Shown here: piece by piece, positions 14,335 through 30,569 of the stretch | How the letters are laid out: every line of letters starts with the position of its first letter | Position numbering within the stretch: the first letter of the stretch is position 1 | NCBI RefSeq assembly: GCF_009914755.1 | Contig: NC_060932.1 | Direction: 5' to 3' (one strand) | Length of the DNA: 64,000 nt | From: the human T2T-CHM13v2.0 reference genome, Homo sapiens | The notes under the pieces: model-generated | What the model was told of the DNA's origin: nothing | Seen by the model: only the letters and a program-made list of their open reading frames with translations | Databases searched by the model: none | Program-made: the position numbers and the translations under genes

Positions 14335-14730
14335 CCTGTTCAGAGATGTCAAAGAGAAATTGTACTGGGCACTTATGGAACACAGCAAGGAAGGCTTATC
14401 CCAGACTATTGCAATAGGAGTCGAGGCTTCTGCAACAGGGGAAAGAAAATGGACGCCTTCGAAACAAAAGGCAAGAAAGTTTTTAAGCGCTGGGGTGAGC
14501 CAGTGGAAAAGAATGGGAGAAGCTTAGGGAGAGGTGGTCAATGAGATCTGTGTTTGCTACCTGGCCCTTATGGAAGTTAGGCTCCTGCCCTCCCACAGAG
14601 ACTGGGAGACAGTGGCCCTAACTCTCTTGATGACTACATTTCAAAGGGATGGCTGCCAGGTGCCTGAAAAAGACACTCTTGGGTTGTAGAAGATTTACAT
14701 CTCAAAAGGGCAGAGAAAGGGGGAGATCAG
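14335..14730. mobile_element. Probable ERV1-type LTR fragment in PSKH2 intron 1
   Basis: LTR-like motifs (gactattgcaataggag...gttaggctcctgccctcccacagagactggg...gatttacatctcaaaggg-like); family uncertain. Confidence 0.4.
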
Positions 14731-14779
14731 TGCCTATCATCCGAAAGAACCCTGTCCAAAATTGAGTCAAGCTGAAGGG

Positions 14780-15260
14780 AACCTCGAGGCGGTCTTGGCC
14801 AGGGGTTTTTCTTTGTCAGCCCAGTCCCAGGCCAGTTCCTCACGTGGCGCTTTACCTGGCAAGGACCCGGGGGTCGAACTTGGCTCGGAAGCGAGCCACC
14901 TGTATCCTCTGCGCCGCCTGGGCCGCCGCCTCGGGCCCAGGCCCCGCGCCTCCGACGCCGGCTTGGTTTTGACCTTCGTGCTTGGCCCAAGCCAGCGCTG
15001 GTGGCCCCGGGACCACCTTCCTGCTGGCGCCGCACCCCATACCCGCAACACGCCCGCCGCTCGCGGGACCTGGGGACTCGGGAAGCAGCCAGCCCCGTTC
15101 CTCCGCCCTTTATCAAAGAGCAGCTGCGAGGGGCGGGACCCTCGGAAAGAAACCCCACTGGGGGGTCGTGGTCAGGGAGACAGCCCCCAGGATACCCGCT
15201 AACGACCGAGACGCCTGGATCATCGCTGGTCACCGTCTGTGTGTGTAATCTGACGTGATG
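14780..15260 (-). promoter_or_regulatory. PSKH2: CpG island / PSKH2 promoter and exon 1 region
   Basis: The only CpG-dense, GC-rich stretch in the window; GC boxes near 15103 and 15131; CRE-like TGACGTGA at 15251-15258. Confidence 0.8.
14856..15040 (-). CDS. PSKH2: PSKH2 coding exon 1 (185 nt)
   Basis: MGCGASRKVV...ARFRAKFDPRVLAR, PSKH-type N-terminus; good Kozak context gggtATGG; donor AG|gtaaag at 14856/14855 completes an Arg codon with exon 2. Confidence 0.96.
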
Positions 15261-15936
15261 AAAGCAAAGTCAACCAACAGGCAGAACCTGCGCCTAATTG
15301 TCTGGGCTTCACTTTCTGCATCTCTAACCTGACAAAGTGAACATATAAAATTATACGATTGTATAAAGGATATCGTCCCTCTAAAGAACTTTTCGCTGAG
15401 CTCATATTCGGATGACATGAACATTAAACATACATATATATATATATTTAAAATTCTAAGAGCTTATAATATTTAAAGTATAACTTCACTGCCTTCTATT
15501 GCATTAAACGGATGACAAAGGCCTGTGTCTGGCACTCATGACCTTCATCTTCCGGGTAATCCATCTAAGAGAGAAAAACTGAGGGCCACGATAGATGTCT
15601 AGAACCCAGACGAACACCCTAAGCAAATACAGTGAGAAAACCTGTATATACATATACAGTGTATATACAAAACCCGTATATACAAATATAGTGAGAAAAC
15701 CTGTATATAGATATAAATATATATAAATAAATATAAATATTATGTATGGTAACTTTACATTTTCTATATATTTCATTCTTGTATTATTTATACATATTAT
15801 ACATGTATGTGAATGTGTGTATATATATTATACACACACAGTATTATAATACTTATAAATATTTATCATTTTGATAAATGTATATTGATTATATCACTAT
15901 ATTGATTAGATTTCATTGATATTTGTCAATTATATT

Positions 15937-15939
<3 letters not shown>

Positions 15940-15973
<34 letters not shown>
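15940..15973. repeat. (CA)n microsatellite
   Basis: About 17 CA units, read directly. Confidence 0.95.
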
Positions 15974-15976
<3 letters not shown>

Positions 15977-16413
15977 TGATGTGTGGGAAATGAAATCCAG
16001 TCACGACCAAGCAAGTCAAGATCACATGCCTCCCAAGTTGTAGAACCGGAACTGGAGGCTGCTTCCCGATTTCCAGGCCAATGCTACTTCAATTTGTGTA
16101 ATTTCCTTTCTAATTTCATTTAATTTGTAGTTTGGCTTAACAGGGAATGTCTGTGATGAATAAATTAGTCATGAACTTTCCCAGAGCTATATTTTGATGG
16201 AAAATTTAAAATACGGCTTGCATATAGCTGAGGGAAAATTAGTTCATCCTGCAAAGAGAGCATAACTACCAAATAATGGACTTTTCTTCCTAAAGAACCC
16301 TCAGAATTCTCCAACTACTAAGAAACAAGGAAAGAAGGTTTATTTTAAGCAGGTAAACAACTCGTTCTTATATGTCTCGAGCTTTTGAACTAATTTGCAG
16401 AATAGGCTATCTA

Positions 16414-16786
<373 letters not shown>

Positions 16787-19329
16787 CAGTATAAACAGAA
16801 TGGAAGAGAGAAATAAAGGGAACAAACTGAAGTCAGATGTTAAGGTACTACTCAAAAAAACACAAAATTTTTTCCTCAGAGAGCCTGTTGTAAGGATTGT
16901 TTGCATAAGGATCGCACAGCAAATAGGAAGCATCTGCTATAAAACCTAAACCTGGGCAGCAGTGAAGGCGCCAGACACTTCCACGAGGCAGGCAGTCCCT
17001 CTGCCTGTCCACCTTCTCCCAGCAGTGAGGGCCTTCATAGTAGGCTGCAGAAACCTCTTCTGTCCTGTCTGCAGCTGGCCGCACAGCAGAGAAAGCTTTG
17101 TCACAAGCCTCCCACTAAGTCTAAACCATGTTCCTTGAAAATTGGAAAACACAGTCGCTGATTTTAAAGCCCTTAAAAAATGAAAACATTGATGAAACCA
17201 CTGATTAGTTCTCTTTTGGAAAGCCCCAACTATTAACTAGAAGTGTTGTTGATGTAAATACTTTGCCTGGAGACAAAATTTAAGTACCTGTGCATTTGAA
17301 ACTTTCACTTTCAAGGACTTCCACTAAGCTCTGAAATGTTAAAATGGTCATAAGTATATCCTTTTAATATGACTAATCTCAGAAAGAATAATTCATAAAG
17401 TAACATATAGAAAAATATCCAAATACATAGACTCTCCTGCATGTATTTCTCTTTATTGTGTATAATTGCTTGATTATATGGAGACCACTCAAGCATTGTT
17501 TGGGACCATTTGCTATTCACCCATTAATTAACTATTCATAGTTATTTCAATTATATATTTAACTTAATTAAAGTAATAAAATGTTAAAATAGCTCTAGAC
17601 TTAAGGCCAGCTTTAAATGAAGCTTTATTTTTATATCAATGTGTTTAGTGCTTTTAAGTGGCTACCTGTGACACTTAAAGCAACTGAATAAATGGAAATG
17701 GTTCTGTGACATGGTATTTATTATAAAAAGTAATTAGATTGGACCTCCTTCTTAATAAAAAAAAATCGTATTTCAACTGCCATTTATTGCCCAAAAGTCA
17801 CAAATTCTTACTAGTCAACTGTAACATTCATAATAATGTGTAATACATAGCTCCCATCACCTGATACCAGATTCTACTCTACACGAAGTTTTTAAAGAGA
17901 AGAATTAGAAGGACACAAAGAATTAAATCCAGAATGTGTCCTGGACTATCGAGATTCTGAAACTATAGAAACTTCCTAGAATAACTTTCTGACTTACATT
18001 TCATACAGTGATTTAATTAAGTGGCTTGGTTTATGACAGATATTCTTCACAAAGTATAATCCAACCCCTAAAGAGTATTTCACTGTAAGGATTTAAGGAA
18101 CTATGCCAAATCAAAAAATCATTGCAGATTTAGACTAACATTTAGGGAAAACACACTTCTTTCTTTCATGAACAATATTGGTGGAAAATATGGAAAAGAA
18201 TACAATCGTGATATTCTGTCATCAGTTTTTATTATACTCCAGCAACATGAAGAGTACAAAACAAGTAACTACGGATACCCTAAGGAGTGATATACCAGGA
18301 AGCCCTACAATATTATACCCTCCTTTACCTTACAGCTAAAAAGATAGAACCTTCATTTTTAACAGGTAAAATGAAGAATTTGTTTCACTTATTAGTTCTG
18401 CTTGAAATAGCTTCAATGTTGTTGCTTTTCAAGTTTTAGTTCTCTTTAGATCCCCCCCTACAGGGATTAATTTTCTCTAAAGTGATCTCCTGCCTCAAAC
18501 ATCAGTTTGAAGGTATACATCTTATCAGCTTCCTTTTCCCCAAGGTGTAGGGTCTGTGTTTGTCATGACAACTGGCATGGGGCTCTTTTAAGCCAATTTC
18601 ACATACACCATGACGTGTGAAACCAACAATGCAAAGCTACTCTCACAGTTTTCTTCCCATAAACAAATAATAATGAGCTTCTAAGTAGGATGTCTTTGTG
18701 TGAAACTCAGAGATGGTGGGCACTTTCCTGCCACCCTGCCAAACTATTTTGCACTATCACAACACCTTACAAAAATAGGACTGTAATAATCCAGGCAAGT
18801 CAGTAATAATTTTTGAATTACTGAGAATATTTTTCTGTCACTACACTAATGAATAATTCATGTTAACTTGCATATCTTTATATTTAGCACCAAAGAAAGA
18901 ATATTTAGCTTTAGTAGAATTTCAAGTTTTATGTTTTGTCTTGTAACTATAAAAAAGAAAATAAAAATTAGTATATAGTAATAAGTGATAGAAAAAATCT
19001 CTGCTGTCCAGTAAAAACATAAATTTCATTTTGTTATTGTAGTGACTTAAAGAAATCTCCAGGCACAACAGGAAATGAAGTTTTCTTATTTTGATGCACA
19101 AATTTAAAAAGATAAAGTGATAGGGTATTTCACTGTATTTTTGCTGATTTGCCTAAAGGATTTCTGCCTTTTCAAGTTGGCAATTTGCACCCAAAGCTTT
19201 CAAAAACGATGGCTAGAAATATGTTTAGTTGCATGGTAAAATAGTTACAATATGTTGCAAGGTAAAAAAAAAAAAAAAAAAAGCCTACATGGCATGATCT
19301 CATTTTTAAAATCACAGATAAAATAAGTT

Positions 19330-19497
19330 CCTATGGTGAGGAATGGAGGCCTCCAGCTGACAGAGAGCAAAGAACTGAGGCCTGCGACAACTATAGGCGT
19401 GATCCTGGGAACCGATTCTCAACCTCATCTGAGCCTTGAGACGACTGCTGCTCTGGCCGACAGCCTGACGGCAACCTCCTGAGACAGCTCTGAGAGG
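19330..19497 (+). mobile_element. MLT1-type LTR fragment
   Basis: gaactgaggcc...gagccttgagacgactgc...gacagcctga...gcaacctcctgagac. Confidence 0.5.
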
Positions 19498-19649
19498 AGA
19501 TTTTCCAGGTTCAAGTCCCGGTACACCACTTACCAGTTCTGTGACCTTAGGAAAGATATTTAACCTCTCTGTCTTCTCAGTTTTCTTATCTGTGAAATTG
19601 AAATAATAATAACACAAATGTTATAGGGTTGCTGGGAATCATTTAATTC

Positions 19650-19901
19650 TTTTACTTTTTATTTGTTATTTTTTACAGACTAGGTCTCTTTCTGTCAGCC
19701 AGGCTGGAGTGCAATGATATGATCACAGCTCACCACAGCCTGATCACAGCTCACCACAGCCTTGACCTCTGGGTTCAGGGCTCAAGCAATTCGCCCACCT
19801 CAGCCTCCTGAGTACCTGGGACTACAAGTGCACACCTCTACACCTAGCTAATTTTTTTTTTTTTTTGTACAGACAATGTCTTGCTATGTTGCCCAGGCTG
19901 G
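19650..19901 (-). mobile_element. Partial Alu with a 21-bp tandem duplication
   Basis: Antisense Alu arm; tgatcacagctcaccacagcc repeated at 19720-19761. Confidence 0.8.
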
Positions 19902-19985
19902 AAATAATTTAATTCATGTGAAGCACTTACATCAGCACCTGGAATATTATAAATGCTCATAAATATTATCTTGTATAAGTGAATG

Positions 19986-20266
19986 GTCCTAGGTGTGGTG
20001 GCTCACACCTGTAATCCCAACACTTTAGGAGGCTGAGACAGGCGGATCAGTTGATACTAAGAGTTTGAGACCAGACTAAGCATATAGTGAGACTCTGTCT
20101 ACACAAAAAATTATCCTGGCATGGTGGTGTGCACCTGTAGTCACAGCTTAAGCAGGAGGATCCCTCGAACCCAGGAATTTGAGGTAGCAGTGAGCTACGG
20201 ATCACACCACTTCAGTCCAGCCTGGATGACACAGCAAGACCCTGTCTCAATAATAAATAAATAAAT
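19986..20266 (+). mobile_element. Alu (AluJ-like)
   Basis: Dimeric Alu with (TAAA)n tail. Confidence 0.85.
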
Positions 20267-20279
20267 GGCTTCAAGGGGT

Positions 20280-20830
20280 TGCATTAGTTATCTATTGCTG
20301 CATAACAAATTTCCCCAAAATTTTACAGTTTTAAAACAACAAGCATTTATTTTCTGAAGATTGAGTATATGAGAGGGTAGATCTGGCTCAGGATTTGAGG
20401 AGGAAGGTTGCGGCCAAGCTGTCTGATGAGGCTACAGTCATCACAAGCCTTGACAGGAACTGAATCCCCTTCCAAGTGCATGCACGTGACTGTCAGCAGG
20501 CCTCAGTTCCCAGCTGGCTGTTGGCAGAAGGCCTCCACTCCGCACCACGTGGGTTTCTCCATAGGCTGCCTGAGTGTCCTTGCAGCATGGCAGCTGGCAT
20601 CCCCCATAGCCAGTGAGGAGTGTGAGTGTGCCTGAGCAGATGAGCAGGAGAAAACACAAACAGAAGCTTCGGTCTCTCATAACTCAATCTCAGAAGTGGC
20701 ATGCCATCACTTTTGCCACATGTTGTTAGTCATGCAGAGCAACTCTTGTCAATGTGGGAGGAAACTCCGCAGGGATGTGGCTACCAGGAGGTGGGGATTT
20801 GGAGAAGCCATCATGGAGGCTGGCTTCTAC
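20280..20830 (-). mobile_element. MLT1-type MaLR LTR
   Basis: attagttatctattgctgcataacaaat...ccccaaaa...aaaacaacaagcattta is a typical antisense MLT1 end. Confidence 0.65.
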
Positions 20831-20877
20831 TGTCATGGAACTGGGACTGATGAGTGAAATTTCACTACAAAGAGAAT

Positions 20878-21000
20878 TCTTTTTTTTTGAGACAGGATCA
20901 TACTACGTTGGTCAGGCTAGTCTCCAATTCCTGGGCTCAAGTGATCCTCCTGCCTCAGCCTCCCAAATTGCTGGGATTATAGGTGTGAGCCACCGCACCC
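20878..21000 (-). mobile_element. Alu monomer (FLAM-like)
   Basis: Single antisense Alu arm after poly-T. Confidence 0.75.
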
Positions 21001-21299
21001 AAAGGGGAATTTTGAAAGTCAAAGATAAATCTAGAGATGAACACTATGCTTAGGAAATTGCAGGCTGTCGATCACCAGAGCTGTTTAAGCAGCCTGGGCA
21101 CCCCTTGGCCTTGCTGAGGAAAAGGATACTCAAGCACAAGAGTGATTGGACTTGAATCTTCAGATCCCTTCCAAGTCTGGGCTTCTGTGACTTTTTCTTT
21201 CATGTGGTCAATTCTAATCATAACTAGGTAGTAAACCTCTTGAAAACCTAACTCTTTGTGTCCAGCCTAGTATTCTAAACAAAGAATGATCTCTATAAA

Positions 21300-22713
21300 T
21301 TTTTTTATTATACTTTAAGTTCTGGGGTACATGAACAGAATGTGCAGTTTGTTACATAGGTATATACATGCCATGGTGGTTTGCTGCACCCATCAACCCA
21401 TCACCTACGTTAGGTATTTCTCCTAATGTTTTCCCACTCCTAGCCTTCCAACCCATGACAGGTCCCAGTTTGTGATGTTCCCCTCCCTGTGCCCATATGT
21501 TTTCATTGTCCAACTCCCACTTATGAGTGAGAACATGTGCTGTTTGGTTTTCTGTTCCTGTGTTAGTTTGCTGAAAATGATGGTTTCCACTTTCACCCAT
21601 GTCCCTGCAAGGGACATGAACTCATCCTTTTTTCTGGCAGCATAGTATTCCATGGTGTATATGTGCCACATTTTCTTTATCCAGTCTATTATTGATGGAC
21701 ATTTGGGTTGGTTCCAAGTCTTTGTTATTGTGAATAGTGCCACAATAAACACATGTGCATGTGTCTTTATAGTAGCATGATTTATAATCCTTTGGGTATA
21801 TACCCAGTAATGGGATGGCTGGGTCAAATGGTATTTCTAGTTCTAGATCCTTGAGGAATCGCCACACTATCTTCCACAATGGTTAAACTAATTTATACTC
21901 TCACCAACAATGTAAAAGTGTCCCTATTTCTCCACATCCTCTCCAGCATCTGTTGTTTCCTGACTTTTTAACAATCGCCATTCTAACTGGCGTGAGTTGG
22001 TATCTCATTGTGGTTTTGATTTGCATTTCTGTAATGACCAGTGATGATGAGCATTTTTTCTATGTCTGTTGGCTGCATAAATGTCTTCTTTTGAAAAGTG
22101 TCTGTTCATATCCTTTGCCCACTTTTTGATGGAGTTATTTGATTTTTTCTTGTAAATTCATTTAAGTTCCTTGTAGATTCTGGATATTAGCCCTTTGTCC
22201 AATGGATAGATTGAAAAAATTTTCTCCCATTCTGTAGGCTGCCTATTCACTCTGATGATAGTTTCTTTTACTGTGCAGAAGCTCTTTAGTTTAATTGGAT
22301 CCCATTTGTCAATTTTGGCTTTTGTTGCCATTGCTTTTGGTGTTTTAGTCATGAAGACTTTGCCCATGCCTATGTCCTGAATGGTATTGCCCAGGTTTTC
22401 TTCTAGGACTTTTATGGTCCTAGGGCTTACGTTTAAGTCTTTGATCCATCTTGAGTTGATTTTTGTATAAGGTGTAAGGAAGGGGTCCAGTTTCAATTTT
22501 CAGCATATGGCTAGCCACTTTTCCCAACACCATTTATTAAATAGGGAATCTTTTCCCCATTGCTTGTTTGTGTCAGGTTTGTCAAAGATCAGATGGTTGT
22601 AGATGTGTGGTGTTATTTCTGAGGCCTCTGTTCTGTTCCATTGGTCTATATATCTGTTTTGGTACCAGTACCATGCTGTTTTGGCTACTGTAGCCTTGTA
22701 GTATAGTTTGAAG
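21300..22713 (-). mobile_element. L1PA (about L1PA7) 3' segment: ORF2 C-terminus and 3'UTR
   Basis: Begins ttttttattatactttaagttct (antisense L1 3' end); ORF fragments [20 protein letters not shown] and DPAIPLLGIYP. Confidence 0.95.
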
Positions 22714-24499
<1,786 letters not shown>

Positions 24500-24529
24500 A
24501 TTTTTATTAATTGTCTGTAGCCCGTATGA

Positions 24530-24727
24530 TATATAGATATATTTAGATATCTATAGACATAGATATATTTAGATATCTATAGACATAGATATATTTAGAT
24601 ATCTATAGACATAGATATATTTAGATATCTATAGACATAGATATATTTAGATATCTATAGATATAGATATCTAGATAGATAGATAGATGATAGATGATAA
24701 ATAGATAGATAGATAGATAGATAGATA
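24530..24727. repeat. 26-bp minisatellite (about 5 copies) followed by (GATA)n
   Basis: atttagatatctatagacatagatat at 24541, 24567, 24593, 24619, with a variant at 24645. Confidence 0.9.
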
Positions 24728-25019
24728 TTTTTTAATTGAGAGGGAGTCTCGCTCTGTCATCCAGGCTGGAATGCAGTGGTGCAATCTCAGATCACTGCAA
24801 CCTCTGCCTCCCAGGTTCAGGGGATCCTCTCGCCTCAGCCTCCTGAGTAGCTGGGACTACAGGTGCATGCCACCACACCCAGCTAATTTTTGTATTTTTG
24901 GTAGAGTCAGGGTTTCACCATGTTGGACAGGCTGGTCTTGAACTCCTGACCTCAAGTTACTGCCCACCTCAGCTTCCCAAAGTGCTGGAATTACAGGAGC
25001 TAGCCACCACACCCAGCCC
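24728..25019 (-). mobile_element. Alu (AluS-like)
   Basis: Antisense dimeric Alu. Confidence 0.88.
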
Positions 25020-25047
25020 TCATATGACATTAAAACTATTATCAGAC

Positions 25048-25170
25048 TTGCTGGGCATGGTGGCTCACACTTGTAATCCCAACAATTTGGGAGGTTGAGG
25101 CGAGAGGATCGCTTGAGCCCAGGAGTTTGAGACCAGCTTAGGCAACATAGAAAGACCCATTTCTAAAAAT
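25048..25170 (+). mobile_element. Alu monomer (FLAM-like)
   Basis: Single sense Alu arm. Confidence 0.75.
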
Positions 25171-27067
25171 AAATTAATAATATTTAAATTTTAAAAGTTT
25201 AAAAAAACTATTATGAGACTGTATCTGTATGCTCATTTATTTTTAAATATATTTATATCTATGCTTTTTAAATCAAGTTCTTTGACTTTGCCATAATAAG
25301 TTATTTATATTTATTTGTTTCATTTCTTCAGGGATGTTCCCTCCATTTCATAAACTTTTTAAACGTCTAAGATAACTATTAATTCATGCAATTTCAAGTA
25401 AAACATCATGAAAGGAAAATGTGCAGTTGCTAGGTGATAGAGAAATAAATATGAAAAGGAGGACCAAATCATCCAAAATATTTAGGAGGATAATGGAAAT
25501 AAAAAGAAACTAAATAAATATCAGTGGCATGTCAGCAGTTAAACATTTTTAAACTTTCCATCACTGCACTCTAGATTCCAGTTTCACAGTCTTTTTTTTT
25601 TTTTACCAAAAAACTGCATTTTTATTCCTGCACCTCAAATTCAACCACTGTAACCTCCAATCAGAATACCATTCTGAGGGAAGAAGCTACCAAAGAGATA
25701 CTGTTATTCTAGATCTTCCAAGAAGCAGATGCCAAGACAGAACTAAATGTGCAAGGATTTTATTAGGTGTAATATCCATGTAAAAAAAATAGAGTGATGG
25801 GAAAGACTAGGAAAACCACTGAAGAGGGTTGAGAGAAAGTGTCTCAGAGTGCTATGCAGGTCATCGGGGAGTCCTTGAGTCAAAGTCAACTGAGAAAGGA
25901 GTCCCCTGTCTGTCAGAAAAAGATCACCTTTAGCATCCTCACCACACCACACTCAGTCAGCTGATGAGGAGCTGCTCATGGGTGGTGTGGCCGCTGTGCA
26001 AACTCAAAGATGGATTTCAAAGCTGGGACCCTGGGGCCCCCGATCAACTGTGTTCCCCATAGTAGGAGGTTTGCAAGACACCATTCTCATGGATGCCATA
26101 GATACAAAGCATTCAATGCAACTATTATTTTAAAAAGTAACACTGAATATCTAGATAAACTATTTTCAAATGAACATTTCAACAAATAAAAATCAATTCT
26201 GCATTTTTATTTGAAGAATTTTTGCATAGTTTTCACAAACATTTCAAAACTGATTTCTAATTTAAATAAATCAAAGTTTCTTAACTATTTACTGAAACAT
26301 ACTCTGGCTTTCCTTGCTGCAATGTTTAAGATAAACAAGGCTTTAAAAAGTTAATAGGGAAAAAGAACCTTGGTTCTTGTTTGATTTGTAGATTCTATGC
26401 ATTTTCACAACCTATATAAGATACTTCTCATATATCTACAATTTCCACACAATTCTTTCTCTCTGGGGAAATAGCTTTTTCTTCCTAGAACACCATCAAT
26501 TGCACCTTTGACCATACTTTTCTCCCCAGCTGTTAGTCTGTGACCAATTTTCTTTCTGCAACATTTTGGAGAACCCTGCTGTGGATTGAAATTGGAGGTC
26601 ACAGTTTCCTTCCAAACATTAGTTCAGAATGCAGGACACAGCCCCACTGCCCAAGAGAAGACTGTGGTCAAGCTGAAGCCAATTGTGAAAGCTTTCAAGA
26701 CCTAATTATCTTCACCCTACTATCAACTTGTTTGGTGTCCAAATTTCTCAGGAGTCATTTAGTTTCAGGAATACCAGAGGATGTTTAGTTCCAGAATTTG
26801 TTCCCCCATTATGTGAAGTGTTCTTTCTGAAATGCTATCTCGTGTTTTCTTTGTTTTGTTTAAGACATTGCTTCTTGGTTTATTTACTTCAGTTTCTAAC
26901 TACATGTTGGGTACCTTAATGAAACAGTAAATTCCTGAGAGAAAAAGAGCTCTCAGGTTATTAAAATTGCATCATTGATTGTCTCTATCTGTTTGGGCCT
27001 TTTAAAATGTTGATTATATAATCACGTGCTAGGAAAATAGCTCAGATAAGGAGTCAAATAAAATTCA

Positions 27068-28212
<1,145 letters not shown>

Positions 28213-28289
28213 GCACAAATTCGAGAACACTGTTCTCAAAATACCAGCCTGCGAAAGCCAAAAAGCTGTGTTTTTCACAAGCACCCAAT

Positions 28290-28930
28290 GAACTGAAAGT
28301 TCCACCCCTCTAATCACATGGTTGGTTCCCCTGGCAACAGCCCACGTCCTGAGGCTCTTGAGGAACCTCCAAGATTTGCCTCATTAGAACAAAAAAAGAT
28401 CCTGTCACCCAGGAAATTTCAAGGGATTTAAGAGCTCTGTGTCAGAAACTGGGGTCAGAGACCAAATACTATTAGAACAAATATTAGAACAAAAAATACT
28501 TATAGCACCCCCATCTATGAGGGTTTTAGGAGGTCTATGCCAGGAACTGGGGGCAGGGACCAATATTTCTATATTTGTAAATATATCTATACAGATGTTC
28601 CTCAACTATAGCTATATCTATCTATATCTGTACATATAGACAGATATAGTTATAGATATAGACATATATAGTTGAGAAGCATATCTACATATCTGCCCCC
28701 AGTTCCTGGCAATAAATATATAGATATAGTTATTCATATCAATAGATATAGATACATAGCAGATATACACATAGATTGATATAGATAGATATAGATATAA
28801 ATATAGATAGATATAGCTAGATAAAATCTGTATCTATTGATACAGATATAGATAGCAAAATAGATATAAAGAGAGATAGTAGATATAGATAAACTATAGA
28901 TATACAGATAGATATTTCTTCTTATATCAC
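28290..28930 (-). mobile_element. MER21-like LTR fragment with an expanded TATAGA-type low-complexity insert
   Basis: ctctaatcacatggttggttcccctggcaac...ccaggaaatttcaagggatttaagagctctgtgtcagaaactggggtcagagaccaaata. Confidence 0.6.
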
Positions 28931-29139
28931 TGTATCACAGATGACTAATAAAAGTGTGCAAATGTGAAACTTACATACATATTATTAAATTCCACAGTAA
29001 TTTCAATTATTTTGACCTAAGACCAACAAAAGTTTGGAGAGAGAGTATTTTATCACTGACATTGTTTAGACTTGGTGGTGTATGGTGGTATTAAAAAGAA
29101 GACCTACTTTGTAGGCAGTTCGTTATTGTTTTTAAATTC

Positions 29140-29555
29140 TCTACAGGCATCGCTCTTCTTTCTTACCTGCACCCAGAGGTGGCTGCTCCCACTGCCCCAC
29201 CCTCTGTAAGCCCCTGGCTGGTTCCTCTTTGGGAATGCCTCAGCTAAAGAAAATTGCCTCGCCCAAGGTCATGCCTAAGCTCATGTCTAAGGACCAATAT
29301 ACAGAAGGTATAAAGGCCCAGCTCTTTGTTTCCAATCACTCTGAAGGTCATCACAACTCCAGAGCTCCCTGCAGGGTGGACTGAGGACTTCTTTGAGTCT
29401 GCATCAGAGCTCAAGTTCTCCCTCTGCCCAATCTTACTTCCACTCCTTTCCACAGGTGTTGATTCCAGGACCCCTCCCTAATAAAAGTCCTACACACTAA
29501 AATTAAAGTTAAAAATTAACTAGAAATCCTGCTTCCTGAGGAACTCAACGGGTAA
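29140..29555 (+). mobile_element. ERVL-type LTR (LTR16-like)
   Basis: ccagagctccctgcagggt...ctccctaataaa...ctgcttcctgaggaac. Confidence 0.5.
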
Positions 29556-30569
29556 TACGAATTTTTCAATTTTTTGAAGAATTCAATAAAACCTGATAGT
29601 TAGAATTTACATTTCTTTGATTATTAGAAAGTTTCAGTTTTGCTCCTGACATCTTTCGGCCACTTATACTTCTGTTTGTGAATTGTCTCTTTTTTGTCAA
29701 TTTTTCTTTTGAATTGCTCTCCTCTCCACCCTCACAATAAAACTATCTGCCCTTTGTCAATTTTTCTTTCCTTTATTAATGGGCTCTTTATAAATTAAAG
29801 ATATTAACTCTTTGGCATATTCAGTTCTGCCCAAGGGAATACTCCCTTCTTAGCAGATGGTTCAGTCTATGGGACTGAAAAATAAATGTCAGTCTTGTCT
29901 TTCAGTTTTGTTTATGATATTTTTAAACATATATATTTTTAAAATATTTATGCAGAAATTTTTCCATTTTTTTCCTTTGTTGTTTTGCCTTTTGCATATA
30001 CCCAGAAAAGCCTTCTATATTGGATACATTATGACATTGAAATGCACTGTATGATCAATCTCAGTGCTTTTGATTAAATTTTCTCATTTTCTACTCACCA
30101 CATCTGTGAGATCACCAAAGCAAGTTACATCTTAGGGTTCAGGAGACATTAGACCGGATCTCATTGCTTTAGCGGTAGAGTGGAGTGAGAAGGTGATGAC
30201 CTCATTCTCCCCAAGTTAATTCCACTCACCCAAATCTTATAACCTCCTATCTTTGCTGACTTTGCAATTCACCACTCTTTTCATTGATACCTGTATCTGA
30301 GATCCTGTATTGTGTACTATTCAGTAGCCTGCCATCTCATGGTGGAAATAGAGAAGTAGAAGTTTTTCTCCAGAAGAATAACCCCATTTCAGAATAGAGC
30401 TCTAAGGTAAATTAATAGTTAACTAATAATTGGAAAAAATTATGTATCATTTATAAATCAATTTTAAAATAAAACATAAATGTATCATAAACCTGGAATT
30501 GTAATATCTTTGTTTTATCCCCAGTTCTGCCATTATTGATTTGTGATGTCTGTTTTTTTAAAAAAAATT

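Noticed and set aside
15113-15223. 36-codon upstream ORF on the minus strand, in frame with PSKH2 and ending TGA TAA
   Set aside because: Overlaps the GC boxes and probably starts upstream of the TSS; needs CAGE data to matter
14727-15258. Several overlapping 85-168 aa ORFs on both strands
   Set aside because: Expected from stop-codon scarcity in a GC-rich CpG island; mostly non-ATG starts, no homology recognised
24541-24670. 26-bp repeats as a CRISPR-like array
   Set aside because: Repeats are directly adjacent with no unique spacers, and the context is eukaryotic
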